Positions 12,701 through 25,752 of a DNA stretch of 64,000 nucleotides are shown piece by piece. A program made the position numbers and the translations under genes. Every line of letters starts with the position of its first letter. Position 1 is the stretch's first letter. This DNA comes from Geosiphon pyriformis uo1 (lineage: Eukaryota; Fungi; Glomeromycota), in the NCBI GenBank assembly GCA_016748015.1, contig JAAOMT010000354.1, forward strand, positions 1 to 64,000, written 5' to 3'. The notes beneath the pieces were generated by a model. It saw only the letters and a list, made by a program, of their open reading frames with translations. It did not search any database and had not been told where the DNA came from.

Positions 12701-13527
12701 CATAGTATCAGCATTCACCAATAATATTTCACAATTAAGAGTACAGAAAATACTAATCCAACCAGATAAGATTCCATAAGATCTGGAACCAATTATAATC
12801 ATTGAACCAAACATGTCAAATTAAACAACCAAAGAGTATATAAAAACACAGTATATATAATAAAGACAACAAAAAAAAATAGAAATACCAGATCATATTC
12901 ACACTTTAGCTCAACAATTGTTTCAGGCTTTAAGTTAATAGCAAGTAAACATGAAAATTATTATTAACAAACAAACAATCTGTTAATAAAACATCAAACA
13001 AAAAGAAAAAAGTACACTATATCAGTGATTACAGAAACAATCAATAAACTGGTTAGATAAAATAGTAGAGAAAGTAAAAAACACTTCTGGAAAGATAAAC
13101 ACCATAGTTCTAATAGAGAAACTGATGAAAAAAATTTGGAACTAATAGATAGACCAACTTCTAATATCATACTGTTATTATCAATTGGGACAAAAAATAA
13201 ATATTCAGAAATTATATCTTGACAAATCCAAGAGAATCTTTAATCTAGAGATAATCCAGAATATTGAAGACATTATTGGAAAGAAAACAAACTTGACACT
13301 ACATATCAAAACTATTTATCAACTATACACCATATTTCAAAACTACACAGAAGAATTGTTATACTCAAACATAGAAACAATAACCATCAACCAATAGGGA
13401 AGAATGAACAACTTACAAATTAAAGAAATAAAGAGTAAAGTGAAACAGATGCTACTTAAAAAAAAAGTATTTGACATAATTCAAAATAAGAATTTCAACA
13501 GAGCTCAATATTAAAAAGAGGAAATAA

Positions 13528-14346
13528 TATTACTTATAAAAAAAGAAAACAGATATAGAAAATAGTAGACCAATAAGAGAGTAGTAGTTAGCATGTGAAC
13601 ACATTGCTCAGCAATATGGAGCAATGTCAGAAATTATAACACATTACTCAATAATGTAAAGCAATGTTAGAAAATTAGGGCACATTGCTCAAGAAATCAT
13701 AGCACATAACTTGGAAAGGTGAGCAATCTTGTAGAACATAAATTATGTATATATAACAGTAGCATTAAAAGAAGAAAAAATAGATCTCTCAGGTTAGATT
13801 TTATTTAAGCAACCTTCTATATTACAAATATCAATAAATAATTATTTACTATCTCAAATTTACTCCACTATCAACACTTTATATTGATAGAAATTGATAC
13901 TTAATCACACTAAAACAATAGCTCTTGATCATGATTATTGATGGGATATTAACTTACTATTGTCTTGGCTTATTTTTTTATTTTTTTATTTTTTTTTATT
14001 TTTTTTTGTTATTTCTTTTTGTTTTACTAATTGAAAAGAATTAAAGTGCTGAATTACAAATGTCATAGAGACTGGTAAAAGACCCATGAAACAAGGGTAA
14101 AATATTCATAATTAAGGATAGCTTACCTAAAGGATTACTGGCCACTATACTGAGAAAGAAATTTAATGGAATTGCAATTCCAGAAGACTACTAAAACAAC
14201 AATTGAATCTCTGTCCATTATACAAAGAACTTAACAAAAAACCTTCAGATACCAACAACCTTCAGAAACCAAGATCAATATATCAATTGAGCACCATATT
14301 ATGGATTTGTTATTTGCTTTGAAATCCCAAATAATTATCAGTAACA
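13528..14346 (+). repeat. 3' LTR, family 1
   Basis: Preceded by purine tract aaaaagaggaaa. Starts tattact (decayed tgttact) and ends cagtaaca. Confidence 0.9.
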
Positions 14347-17300
14347 GTATGGTTAAAGATCTGCCAGATGGCAAAGCAGCTGGTTTGTTTGATATTATGA
14401 ATGAACTTTGGAAACATTGCAATGGTTCTATGCTTGGTATGCTGTTGGATTTCTTAAATCTCTGTTTGGTTCATGAATCTGTACTCCAACTCTGAAAGAA
14501 AGTTTAGGTATCTATGATTCTTAAGCCTTATGAGTAGGAGAGTGTTTTAACCAATACTAGACTAATAGCTTTGATTGAGACTGCTCATAAGATTCTCTCT
14601 AAGATACTTTCTGATAGGATTTTATTGGTGTGCAGTGTGTTTGATGTTTTTCACAGTGATAATTTCTTTGTGCTTAAAGGCACTACTATTCAGTTTCTTA
14701 TTTTTGCCATTGGTTTGGTTGTTGAAGATGCTTTAGAAAAAATTGTGAGCTTTGGTTTGTTTTACAGAATATGCAGAAGACCTATAATTCTGTGAATTGG
14801 CATCACTTATGGAATAGTTTGGTTTGAGTTAAGATGTGTGATCATTTTATCAGATTCTTTGGGAGTATTCACAATAATTGTGTTAATTATATTATGACTG
14901 ATTTTGGCCTGACTGATGGGTACTAGATGTATGATGGTCTTGACCAGGATGAGGTGTTTTTTCTCTTGCTGTGAAGAATCTTCTATGATCTCCTTTTATG
15001 TAAAGTTAAAAGACAGAAGAGTTTGTGTGGATACTATATTAACTCCAGATTTGTTACTAAAATTGGCAGATTGGAAAACCAAGATGGTTTGACTTTGTTT
15101 TTGGCAGCTGGTGTTTTTGTTAATGACACAATATGGGTGGAAAATAGCCAGACTGCCACTCAGTATATTTTGGATATTGCTAATAAGTTTTTTAGTATAA
15201 ATAACATTTCTATTAATAATGAAAAGACTGTGGCTATTCCTATCAACAGAAGGATGGGGGAAGTGTCATTGTTAATAAATGGTTTGCTGATTTCAATTGC
15301 TCATAGAGAAGAGTCTTATAGATATCTTGGAATTTATTTGTTGTCTGAGAGTTTATCTAAACCCAGTTTGGCAAAAGCTCATTCAGATGTTAGGTTTTTT
15401 GTTAATTTGGTTTTGAAAAAGTTTATTTCAGACAAACAGTTTCTCTATTTGGTGTTAACTGTGTTGCAACTCATTGTTGGTTATAGATCTCAGTTTAGTT
15501 TTCTTTCTAAAAGTGTGTGTATTAAGTGAGACATATTAATTAGAAAAAGTTTGAGACTTAAAACTGGACTACCAAAGAATTTTCTTAATAATGCTCTTTA
15601 TCATCTATCTTTGTATGGTTTGAAGTCTTTTGAACAGTTGCAAACCGAGTGCAAAATGGCTTCTGTGCTGAGTTTTTTGAATGTTGGTGGGCTTCTGAGT
15701 TACTTGTTTATTTATAGGTCTCTTGACTTACAGGTTCTAAGTTGGTCACCTATTTACTTTTTATGTTATTTGGTCAGATTGCATGTCAATTCAGTCAACA
15801 ATTTTTTGGCTGGTGTTAGAATTTTTTGAATTGTGATATTCATCAATAAATATTTATTTTTCTAGACAATACTATTGTTATGGTCAGATCTAACACGCTA
15901 ACAGATGTCTTTTGAGAACTTTTCTCATATGACATTCCATTTTTTTGATAGGACACCAATGTCTTTGGTTCTGAAAGATTATTTGTTTTATGAAGTTTCA
16001 TGCTTACTCAAGAGATTTGAAATTGCTTTTGTCAAATAGCTGTATATCAAAAAAAATTTGATTTTTGACTGGAAAAGCTTCTGTCATTGGAAAAGACTTT
16101 AATCCAAAAGGCCCAGTTCTTTATTGGTTCAATTTAGCATGTGATTTTCTGGCTTATTCTTTCTCTCATAATAGTTTATCTGTTGCTGAACTCCAGTCAC
16201 TAGATGTTAATGATTCAGATAGTGTTTTTTGGCTGAAACAGTGTCTTTTTATTTCTAATTTAAATATTGTTGAGGTTTATACAGACAGATCTTTAAAAAA
16301 TTTTGGTATGCAGAAGATGGAATGTAGTGCAGCTGCTTACTTTTCAGATGTGAATTTAAGTATTGGCATTAAAGTTAATGAGTTGGTTTCTTTTACTTTG
16401 GCTGAATTGCAGGTAATCACTTTAGTTTTGGAGTGTGTTTTTTCTTACAATTCTGTTGTGGTTTATTCAGACAGTTAGACTGCCTTAGATACTTGTGCTG
16501 CTGAGTCAGTTTTGGCTTCTCTGAACTTCTGCAACCATTGCTGGATGAAGCAGCATGGTGTTGTAAATCTGATTAAGGAAAAAAGACTTAGTGTTTTTTG
16601 GCATAAAATTAAAGGACATTCGAGTGTTTTGGATAATGAGTGTGCTAATGAGTTGGCTGATTTAGTTGTAAGTTTAAATTTAGTGCTTTTTGTTTTGATT
16701 AAGAAAATGTTCATTAAGGCTGGTAGAATGGTAGTGTCTGGTAATGTTTAGCATTTTGCTCAGAATGTTTTTAGGACTGTGAATTGTGATTGTTGGGAGA
16801 TTGAACTTGGTTCTGCTGTTATTAACAAAAATATGATTGTTGATGTGAATTGGGTTTGTATTGCTTTGGTCTGGCACCCTAACTTGCTGAATTTACCAGT
16901 AAGTTTACTGTTGGTCTGTACTTATATTTTTTGAAAGCTCTGTACTATTGTCTGCTGGTTGCTGTGTGGAAGCACTTGTATAATAGGGATTATCTGAGTG
17001 TTTTGTGTCTTCATTGTGAAGAGATGAAAAGCTCTAATTACTTTTTTGTGTGTACATTTGACTCTGGAGTCTGTAAGGATCTGTTTGCTTTCCATTTGGC
17101 TAAGTGGTATGTCATATCTGGTTTGGGTCTCTCTTTGTTTCAGATCTTAAAGATGCTTTCTTTGTGCACTTTTGATGATATGCTATACACCACTTTGAGC
17201 AAAGGTTTTTTGTTCAGAGATTGGTATCTGGAGATTATATCTGTTTTGGGTGATACTAAATTTGTAGAGAGAGTTATTATTGACTTTGTTCGGAGTTTTG

Positions 17301-17683
17301 GTGTTGCTCACCATGCTAACATATGGTTGGTTAAGGCCAAATATAGAGCCTTTATAAAGAAAAGTGGTTTAGTTTATCATGATGGTTCTGTTTTTCCTAT
17401 AACTCGAGGTCTGTTATCTTTGCTTTCAGCTGAAGTAGTTAGGTTGCTTGGAGTTGCTAAGGCACTTGGTGTTTGTTTTGGTTTTTGTAAACTCTGCTGT
17501 TTTTTTTCTGGTATTGATAGTGTAGTGTCTGTTATGATAGATTTGTAATGTTGCTTTAATTAGTCTGAGTAACTGGTTATGTGTAGAAAATACATAATTT
17601 GTGCCTAGTTTAGATTACTTAGTTTAATGTATTGTGTTAGGTAACATTTAGGCCTCACTTGTTAAATGTTAATAAAAAAAAAA
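14347..17683 (+). mobile_element. 5'-truncated LINE ORF2 (RT, RNase H, C-terminal Cys motif) with 3' UTR and poly(A)
   Basis: LPDGKAAG, IALIETAHK, VFVNDTIW, YRYLG. RNase H motifs VYTDRS, LAELQVI, YSDS, KIKGHS..LDNECANELA. CLHC motif. Poly(A) at ~17674-17683. Confidence 0.9.
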
Positions 17684-18044
17684 CAGACCAAATACTAAAC
17701 TATTATCTCTAATTAAATTGGTTTTTTTATATCTATTCTATGCTTGGATCTTATGAGTTATATCTTAGTACAATATAATTTTACTAATTATTTTACATAT
17801 TTAACAATAGTAAAAGCAGTTTTTTTTTATTTATTAAAAACCATAATAGTTTTTTTATGTTAATCTTTTAATACAAATTTTTTGCAAATTACTGTATATA
17901 GATTTAAATTCGAAAAACACATAGAAAGTGTTTGTAAAACAGCAAAAAAAATATAATGCAAACATTTACCAAAGAAACTTATTATTTAGAAACTTCTATT
18001 AAAATTTTTTTTTGAATACTATTATTTCTAACACAAGTAAAAAC

Positions 18045-19650
18045 ATGATTTGATAACTCTATTTTATTATACAGCAAATACAGCACACTTAAATATGTTT
18101 TATTATATAATTTCTTCCTAACTGCTACTGGTAACTGTTTATATACAGTTTTATTAAATATATGTACAGATTAACAAATTTTCTACCAGTAAATTTAAAA
18201 AGCATATGCAAATCAAAGTGTCAAATTTTTACAATAACCAACCAATTTATCTTTTTAATCAATATATATAAAATTATATTGTGATTAAAGCCAGCTTTTT
18301 ATTAAACATAACAAATAGATCTGTATAAATTACAAATAAAATAACAAGCATTACCAAATACAACCATATTTTTAATCACTATAAATTATTTCTGAACTTC
18401 AATTAGCAAAGATAAAGGAGAATAAGTGGCTTTATTTACTATTATATTAGCTTTAATATTGTTTAAAATTTTTGAATGACTCTTAACTTTTATTAATTTA
18501 ACAGAAAATTTTTTATCCTTGATTAAATTAATAATATGTTTTCTTTTTATTCAACATTGATTATAAAAGTTTAGTGTAGCAAACAAAATCTCAAATACAT
18601 ATATATTAATAATAACTTGACTATCTAAATACAAAACTATTATATAAGATAATAGAATACATTCCAAAAACAGAGCAATAGCCAGTTTGGCTATTGTAAA
18701 AAACAGAAGTTTATGCATTTCAACACTAATATTCATATTTATAGCTAGAAAATAAGCAGTTACCCTATTAGTAATCTTAATAAAACCAGCATATTTTAAA
18801 GACTTATCTATATAAATCTTAATAGAATCAAACTAAACCTTAAATTAACATCCTTATATATCAAAAAATTTATTTGATTCCAAAATATTTAATCTAAATA
18901 ACCTATTGGTATTGATAAAATTAGCTACCAAAAAACTTTTATTACTTAAAAACTCAAATAATAGCTTAAACCAATAAGACATAAAGCTTTTTAGATTTAA
19001 TTTTTTTCATTAACAAAATATTTTCCAATTTATTACATTTCTCTTTTTGTTCAAAAGTCTGTTATTAAATACAATTTCAAACTACTTTAAAAAAAAACAA
19101 AGCTATAATACAAGATTTATTTCAAGATATTTAATATTAGAAATCTATCAAAATTACAAAATACACTAAGCAAATTGTTTATTAAAGATAAATTATTGTT
19201 CAAAAAAATTTTTATCATTCCAGCCAAAAAATCGTTTATTGAACTAATATGTAACTTGACAAAAAACTGCAGAGAATTCAAAAAAAACTATCTTATTAAA
19301 TTAAATATAAATACTTTTTTTGATTTTTTAGATAACAATCATAATATATTACAAAGCCAAATCTTTTATGTAACAAAAAAAATACCCAAAAAATATGAAA
19401 AAAAACATGATACAATAAATAATATTATCATAATTATAATAGAACATTCAGAAGTAAAACATATTAAGATTAATTACTTTGATATAGAAGATTTTATTAA
19501 GAATAAAATTCGAAAGTTAATAGCTAATAAAGTAGTTAATATAGCTTATCAAACTTATCTATTGGTTAGTTTAGACTTTAATATAACTATATTAAAAGAA
19601 ATAACTAATATTATTATTGCTAAAATTTAAAATAAAGATAATTATTCATA
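18045..19650 (-). mobile_element. Strongly decayed LINE ORF2 fragment (RT end and RNase H)
   Basis: ORF 18551-18736 (TIAKLAIALFLECI) matches the RNase H segment of the other LINEs. Reverse complement IYIDKS (VYTDGS-like) at ~18800-18818. Confidence 0.7.
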
Positions 19651-19699
19651 GAAATAAGTATTATTTTATTATAAATTAAATATTAAGTATTAAATTATT

Positions 19700-21900
19700 G
19701 CTAATTAATAATTATAACTATAGTTTTTGAAAGACAAATATATTAAAAAAATTTAAAAATACAGTTAGCCAATTTAATTACATTTGTTATTAGTTAAAAA
19801 AGACATAAAGCAAAGATTATAAAGACTTTAATCACAAATAACAAATGTATTATAATTGTAAAAAAAAAATTGTATTATAAGTTAACATAATTCTTAATAT
19901 TATAACTGTAGATATCTATTATAAATTTTTCTATTTAAATTCAGATCTTTGTATTAAGATGTTCAATGAACTACAAGAAGAAATAAAAAAAAACTCACAT
20001 CTTATTATAACAGACTTGAAAAATTATATACAATATATAGAATTTAATATATCAAAATACTTACTCAAATGTATTTATTTTTAAAAATCTATAGTAAATC
20101 AAAAATTATTTTAACATAATAATAATTATATTAAATTTATATGTAAGTTACTAAGTAAATATTACAATTATGGTTTTTAATATTGCTTAGATATAAATAA
20201 TTCAAAAACTACAGCCATTGGTTTTATTATTTTATTGTTAGAAAAAATCAAGAATTATGATATTAAAATTACAGAAATTTATCTTAATACAATTTACAAA
20301 ACCACATAAAAATACTATAAACTTTATAGAATAATAGCAGATATTGAAAACACTAGTTTTTCAATTACTTATTTAATATTTAACATTATTAAAACAATAG
20401 ATATAAGTGATAACACAAACAAATATTATAAAATCTTAGAAAGTTTTTTAGAAGTCATAAAAACACATAATATTAATTCTAATTTTATATTTACCAATAA
20501 AAATTTTGCATAAATTAATGCTACAACAAAAGTTTAGAAACTTTTGGCAATTTAACTATGTGCTTAACATATAAATTAGACTTTGAAACTTAAACTTAAA
20601 GAAAAAGCCAAGTTATTAGATAAAATATAACTATATACTGTAATCTATATTATAAATTAAACAACTAATGAATTTGATTTTATTAATTTTACCTTTTATT
20701 CAACAGAAAAAAACTGCAATCTGAAAACATATATAATTTGCCCATCAATATTTTAAAAGCCAATTTTAAAATTGATACAAAAACATTTTAATATATATTA
20801 ATTAATACTTATTAATATTTAAGAAAATACTATGACATCAGCAATATTAAACAAAATACTATAAAAGAAATCTATAATTTTGTGTTAAAAATTTATTACA
20901 ATTACTATAAGCTTATTTTTGGTTCAATTGATATTTATTAAAATAATAGTATTTATAAGTATAATTAGTCAGACTTATTATATCTTTTGACAAAACAACA
21001 ATAAAAATTGAAACCTATTAGAATATTATCAAACAATATTATTTACACTATTTTAATTATCTTAGACTTAATTTGTTATTTTAAATACTTTTTAAAAAGA
21101 TAATATCAGTATAATAAAAGTGTTTTTATAAACTTTAACTAAAATAATAACACCATAATAATAAGATAATTTTAAGAAAGCATGACTTACTATAAGTATA
21201 AACAATAATTAACAAACAAATATTTATATTAATAAATATTTTAAAGACAAAAAAAATGAAATACAAGTGTAAAAAACCCAAATAATTCATATTTTACTGA
21301 AGTTGCTCATTGGATTTATTACTGTTTAGTTTTTCTTGAAAGTTATTTCTTATTATGCAAACATATAATTTAGCAGATTATTATTATATCTAATAATAAA
21401 CAATGATAATTACTACAAGATAATTTTGAATATTATATTACTCCACTATTTTTTTTTAAAAAAATATTGAAAGTAAAAAAACAATAACTAGTATCTTATC
21501 TATTATACCTATTAAAATCACAAAAAAACAAGTTATTAATATTAATACAAATAAAAATCTTGATGAATGAACTCTTATATATGTTAATTCAAATTGGTTG
21601 TTTTTTGAACAAGCAATTAAAAGGATTTACAGTAAATAATTGGCACCAAGTTTACACAATGATAGAATGAAGTCAATTAATATTTATGAAAAAAAAAATA
21701 CAGACAATAGAACACCAAAAACACTGACAAACAATTTGAACAATAGCAAAAAAACCATATCTTATGTATTTGTCATCTTCAAGTAATATAGATAAGACAG
21801 ATAATAGTAAGAATATGCCAAGTTTAACAGAGAACATTTGAAGAAATTGTATCTATAAAGAAAAAATAAATAACTGAATATGTAATGAGATTAACACAAA
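19700..21900 (+). mobile_element. Decayed Mutator/MULE transposase with SWIM zinc finger
   Basis: IYLNTIYKT...YKLYRIIADIENTSFSITYL (~20275-20375), FIFTNKNFA.INA (~20485), QLC..H-like (~20550), W...C.VFLESYFLLCKH (~21310-21365). No TIRs identified. Confidence 0.65.
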
Positions 21901-22623
21901 AAGAAAATTACAAGAATAAAGACAGCAATTTAATAAACTTAGCTTTTATTTTCCATTTTAATTTTATATTGTAATTAGAATATTAGAATTGCTACTTGTA
22001 AAAAAGTCATTTATTAATCTATTAGTTGTGTATGATTATATGATCCGAAATTAAGATCACCATACCGAGCCAGTAGCTCGGAAATTTAGTACTGATCGAA
22101 ATATCACGCGACCCGAACTTTTGGGGGTCGTCCTTGTGGATTCAGTTTTGATTTTTTGTTAGTGAAAAACAATAATCATCTTCGTTAGAGGAATCATAGA
22201 AATGAATTTTTTATCATGTAAATTACTTTTTACATGATCAATTTGGTTTGTAAATAAAAAGAAAAATAACCAAATTTAATGAATATAAAATTCATGTTTA
22301 ATAAATAATAACTAATTTAACCGTGAAATCGATGGTTGGGGTAAATACGTTTCAATTTTTGCAGAACCCTTTGCAGCCAATCTCATTGCTCGATTTTTAT
22401 TACCAATATTCATCCGATTCATTATAAATTACTAAGCTTTACTTACATAATAGTAAACACCCCGTCAAATTTATTATGTAATACTTACAGCACGAAAAAT
22501 TTTAATTACCTATCACATTATTCATTATCACGCTAAACATGACTCATTAGGAGTAATCGTGAGCAGGCGAAAATAATGTAAAAAATATTGAGTTGGCTGA
22601 TCAAACTTTCTTTCGCAATAATT

Positions 22624-23936
22624 ATGTTACCGAGAACTTTTACACTTAACACGGGTGCCAAAATCCCTTCTCGTAAGATAAAATCTATTTCACGTCTTGA
22701 GTTACTCCATCTTTCCATCTTTCTTACATACGTGCTTTTTAAGTTGCATTACGGGCTACGTCCAACAGATCCCCCACGAGAACTCTTGGTGCTTTAAATG
22801 CCGGTCTGGAACTTGGCCTTCGTCATGTTGTGTCCGAACATTTGGTAAAATATTTTTATATGCTTCCTTTATTTCTGCCAGGGATATCATAATCATAGTT
22901 CTAAACAACTGTCTAACGGAAAGCTCGGCACGGAGGCGATAATTGGTCAGGCTATAGAAAAGTCTGGAATACCAAGGCATGAACTTTTTATTACTGCCAA
23001 GGTATATTACGATTATCATAGTTTATAAATGAACTTCAAAGATGTCAAGGTGGTTGAATATTTTTCCTTTCTGATTTTAGTTATGGAACACCCAGCATAA
23101 CGATGTTGCTAGTGCTTTCGAACAGTCATTAAATAACCTTGGTGTCGATTACATTGATCTGTAAGTGAAAAAATATTTTCGTTCCAGATGATTCATGACA
23201 CATTAATTTGTCTAATTTTTCTCAAGGTATTTAATGCAATGGCCAATCGCTTTTCGCCCTGGTCATGATCTATATCCCAAGACAAACGATGGAGTCCTTG
23301 ATTGTCTCCTTGACTCTGATTTTACTACAACATGGAAACAACTTGAAAATTTACTTGAAACAAAAAGGGTCAAAGCAATTGGTGTAGGAAATTGCTCTCG
23401 TAAAAAGTTAGAAAAGCTACTTAAGGTGGCGAAAGTACCTCCAGCTGTCAATGAAACTGAAATTCATCCCTATTTACCTCAGGTTATTATTTTAATAATA
23501 AATTCTCTATTAAATAATTCTTCAGTTATTAAAACGATGTATATACTAAGAAAAATTCATTTTGAAATAGTGGGACCTTCTCCGATTTTGTGAAAAGAAA
23601 GGAATCCATCTCATGTCTCACACCCCGACAGGGTTAGGACCAAGAAAAGATCTGAAGCATCCTCCAGGAGTCACGGAATACCTTATTAAGAGTCCTGAAA
23701 TTGGGAAGATAGCTGAAAAAGCTAGATTGAACTCACATCAATTGCTTGTAGCCTGGGCACTTAAGCGTGGTACCTCAGCAATCATTCCTGCTATAGAGGA
23801 AAGAAGGATTAGAGAAAACTGGAATGAAAAAAATATTACTGACGAAATTTTCAACGAGATCTCTGAACTTGGAAAAAGTAAGATGCCCCAGAGATACGTA
23901 ACTGCGCCTCAATTCGAAATTGTATTTGAGGATTAG
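22624..23936 (+). CDS. Aldo-keto reductase superfamily protein, multi-exon, with non-canonical active site
   Basis: MLPRTFTLNTGAKIPS, IPRHELFITAK|LWN, SLNNLGVDYIDL|YLMQWP, RVKAIGVGN, PPAVNETEIHPYLPQ, QLLVAWALKRG. GT-AG introns restore the frame and CpGs are retained. Confidence 0.88.
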
Positions 23937-25752
23937 AAATCGTATAATGAATCTCAGAAATTGAAATTTATAAATTGATTAAAATCTTTTATATAATACC
24001 ACACTAATGCATAGATTTTAGTGATTATATAAATTTTTTCTCGCAAAAGAAAAGAAATAATTGCTTCAATTGACAATGTAATGTGGTTTAATGTTCTTAA
24101 AAATTAAACAAATTTAAGCCATAACTTTTTGACATTGTTATTTATGAATTTTATATTTCAAAATAAAGATTATAAAGTTAAGTAACTTAAAAATAAGATA
24201 TTCTAAGCAAAAATACATTTAATTGATCTTTTTTAATGCTTTATTGAATGTAGCTGAAGTTTTATTAAAAAAATAAAATTATTATTGTTTTATATAACTA
24301 TTATTACATTATTTTATAATTTGTTATTTATTATATTTACAAATATAATTAAATACAATAATTAAATTGTATATACATTGAAATTTGTTAAATTAAAACA
24401 AAATAAAATTTAAATAATATTAGCTTATTTTTAAAAAAAATTTCTTTAAATAACATAAAATTCTTAATATTTTAAATAAGTACATTTGATTAAACCAATT
24501 TTTTTGTTTAAATAACAATTAATGAAAAAAAATCACTTTTAAAATTTGATTAATTGTTAAAAAAAAAATTTATAATACAAAAACAATATCAAAAGTTTTA
24601 TTAAGATAATTTTTAATAATTAAAATATTATAGCAATTAAACTTAAAAACAAAACAAAAATTTTTTTATGTTTTGCATTTAATATAAAAAGAAAAATCAA
24701 ATTAAAATTGTTTTTTTCTCAATTTTTAATTTGCAAATTTAATAATATTAAATAAATATCAATTCGAATAAATTAAATAAGTTGTGAAATAATTTTGAAA
24801 TTGTAATTATTTTGTTATAATAAATTTTGTCGATTTGCTTTTAAATATTATTTTAAAAATTTTATTACTTAATACAATTAATTAAAAGAAAGTTTTTTAC
24901 TTAAAACTATAATTAATTAAAACAAAAATTATTTTTTGTTTTAATTTAATAATTTTAAAATTAATACATAAAATGTTAACAATTATTAATAAAGTAGCTA
25001 TATAAAATAATTGAAATATTTAATTGTATTTAATATACAAGATCTTTATAAAATTATTTAGAACAAATTTATATATTGTATAATTTGATTTTTTAAAAAA
25101 TTGTTTAAAATTTTATATATAGATGTTTTATTTTGGTTTAATAATAATAATAATAATAATTTATATTAATGTTTTTTTAAGAATTTGATTTTTAAAATAT
25201 ATATTTTTATAATATAATAATCTAAAAGTTTTAATGTTTAAAATCAATACAATTTATTAAAACATATTTTTTTTTTAAATTAAAATATATTTTTACAAAC
25301 ATGTTTATTTTTAATTTAAAAAATATAATATATAAAACAATTTATTATAAATCTTTAAAATTTATTGCTAAAAATTTTTTTTCAAGTTTAATAAAACTTT
25401 GATTATATAATAATCATTCAAAAATAATAAACATTATATAACAGTTTATTTACAATAATAATAATAATAATAATAATAATAATCAAAATAAAATTTTAAT
25501 TAATCAATTTTGTAAATTTTTAATGTTTCTTAATCAAAATTTCTGTTAAAGTCTTAAAACAAGATTGAAAATTTATTGCAAAATAAAATTTCAAATATCA
25601 GGATTCATTCAAGTACCATTGAACACTCATATTGTATAAAAGCCAATTAAATTAAAAAGAAATGGGAACTGATAAAAAGGATGATTATTAAGCAATGTCT
25701 TGAAATCTTTAGCATAAAGCGCAAGTTTGTCAACCCTAGTTTCTTTCTATGT

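Larger units (their letters stand above)
4407..14346 (+). mobile_element. Near full-length Ty3/Gypsy LTR retrotransposon, family 1 (LTR-gag-PR-CysRich-dUTPase-RT-RH-IN-extra region-LTR), inactivated by point mutation
   Basis: Two homologous ~820-bp LTRs. PBS tggtgctctctg after the 5' LTR and purine tract before the 3' LTR. Domain order RT-RH-IN is diagnostic of Ty3/Gypsy. Confidence 0.93.

Noticed and set aside
4403-14350. gtgc/gtat as a mutated TSD of the full Gypsy
   Set aside because: Two transitions could interconvert them, but the sequences beyond belong to different elements and cannot be one original target.
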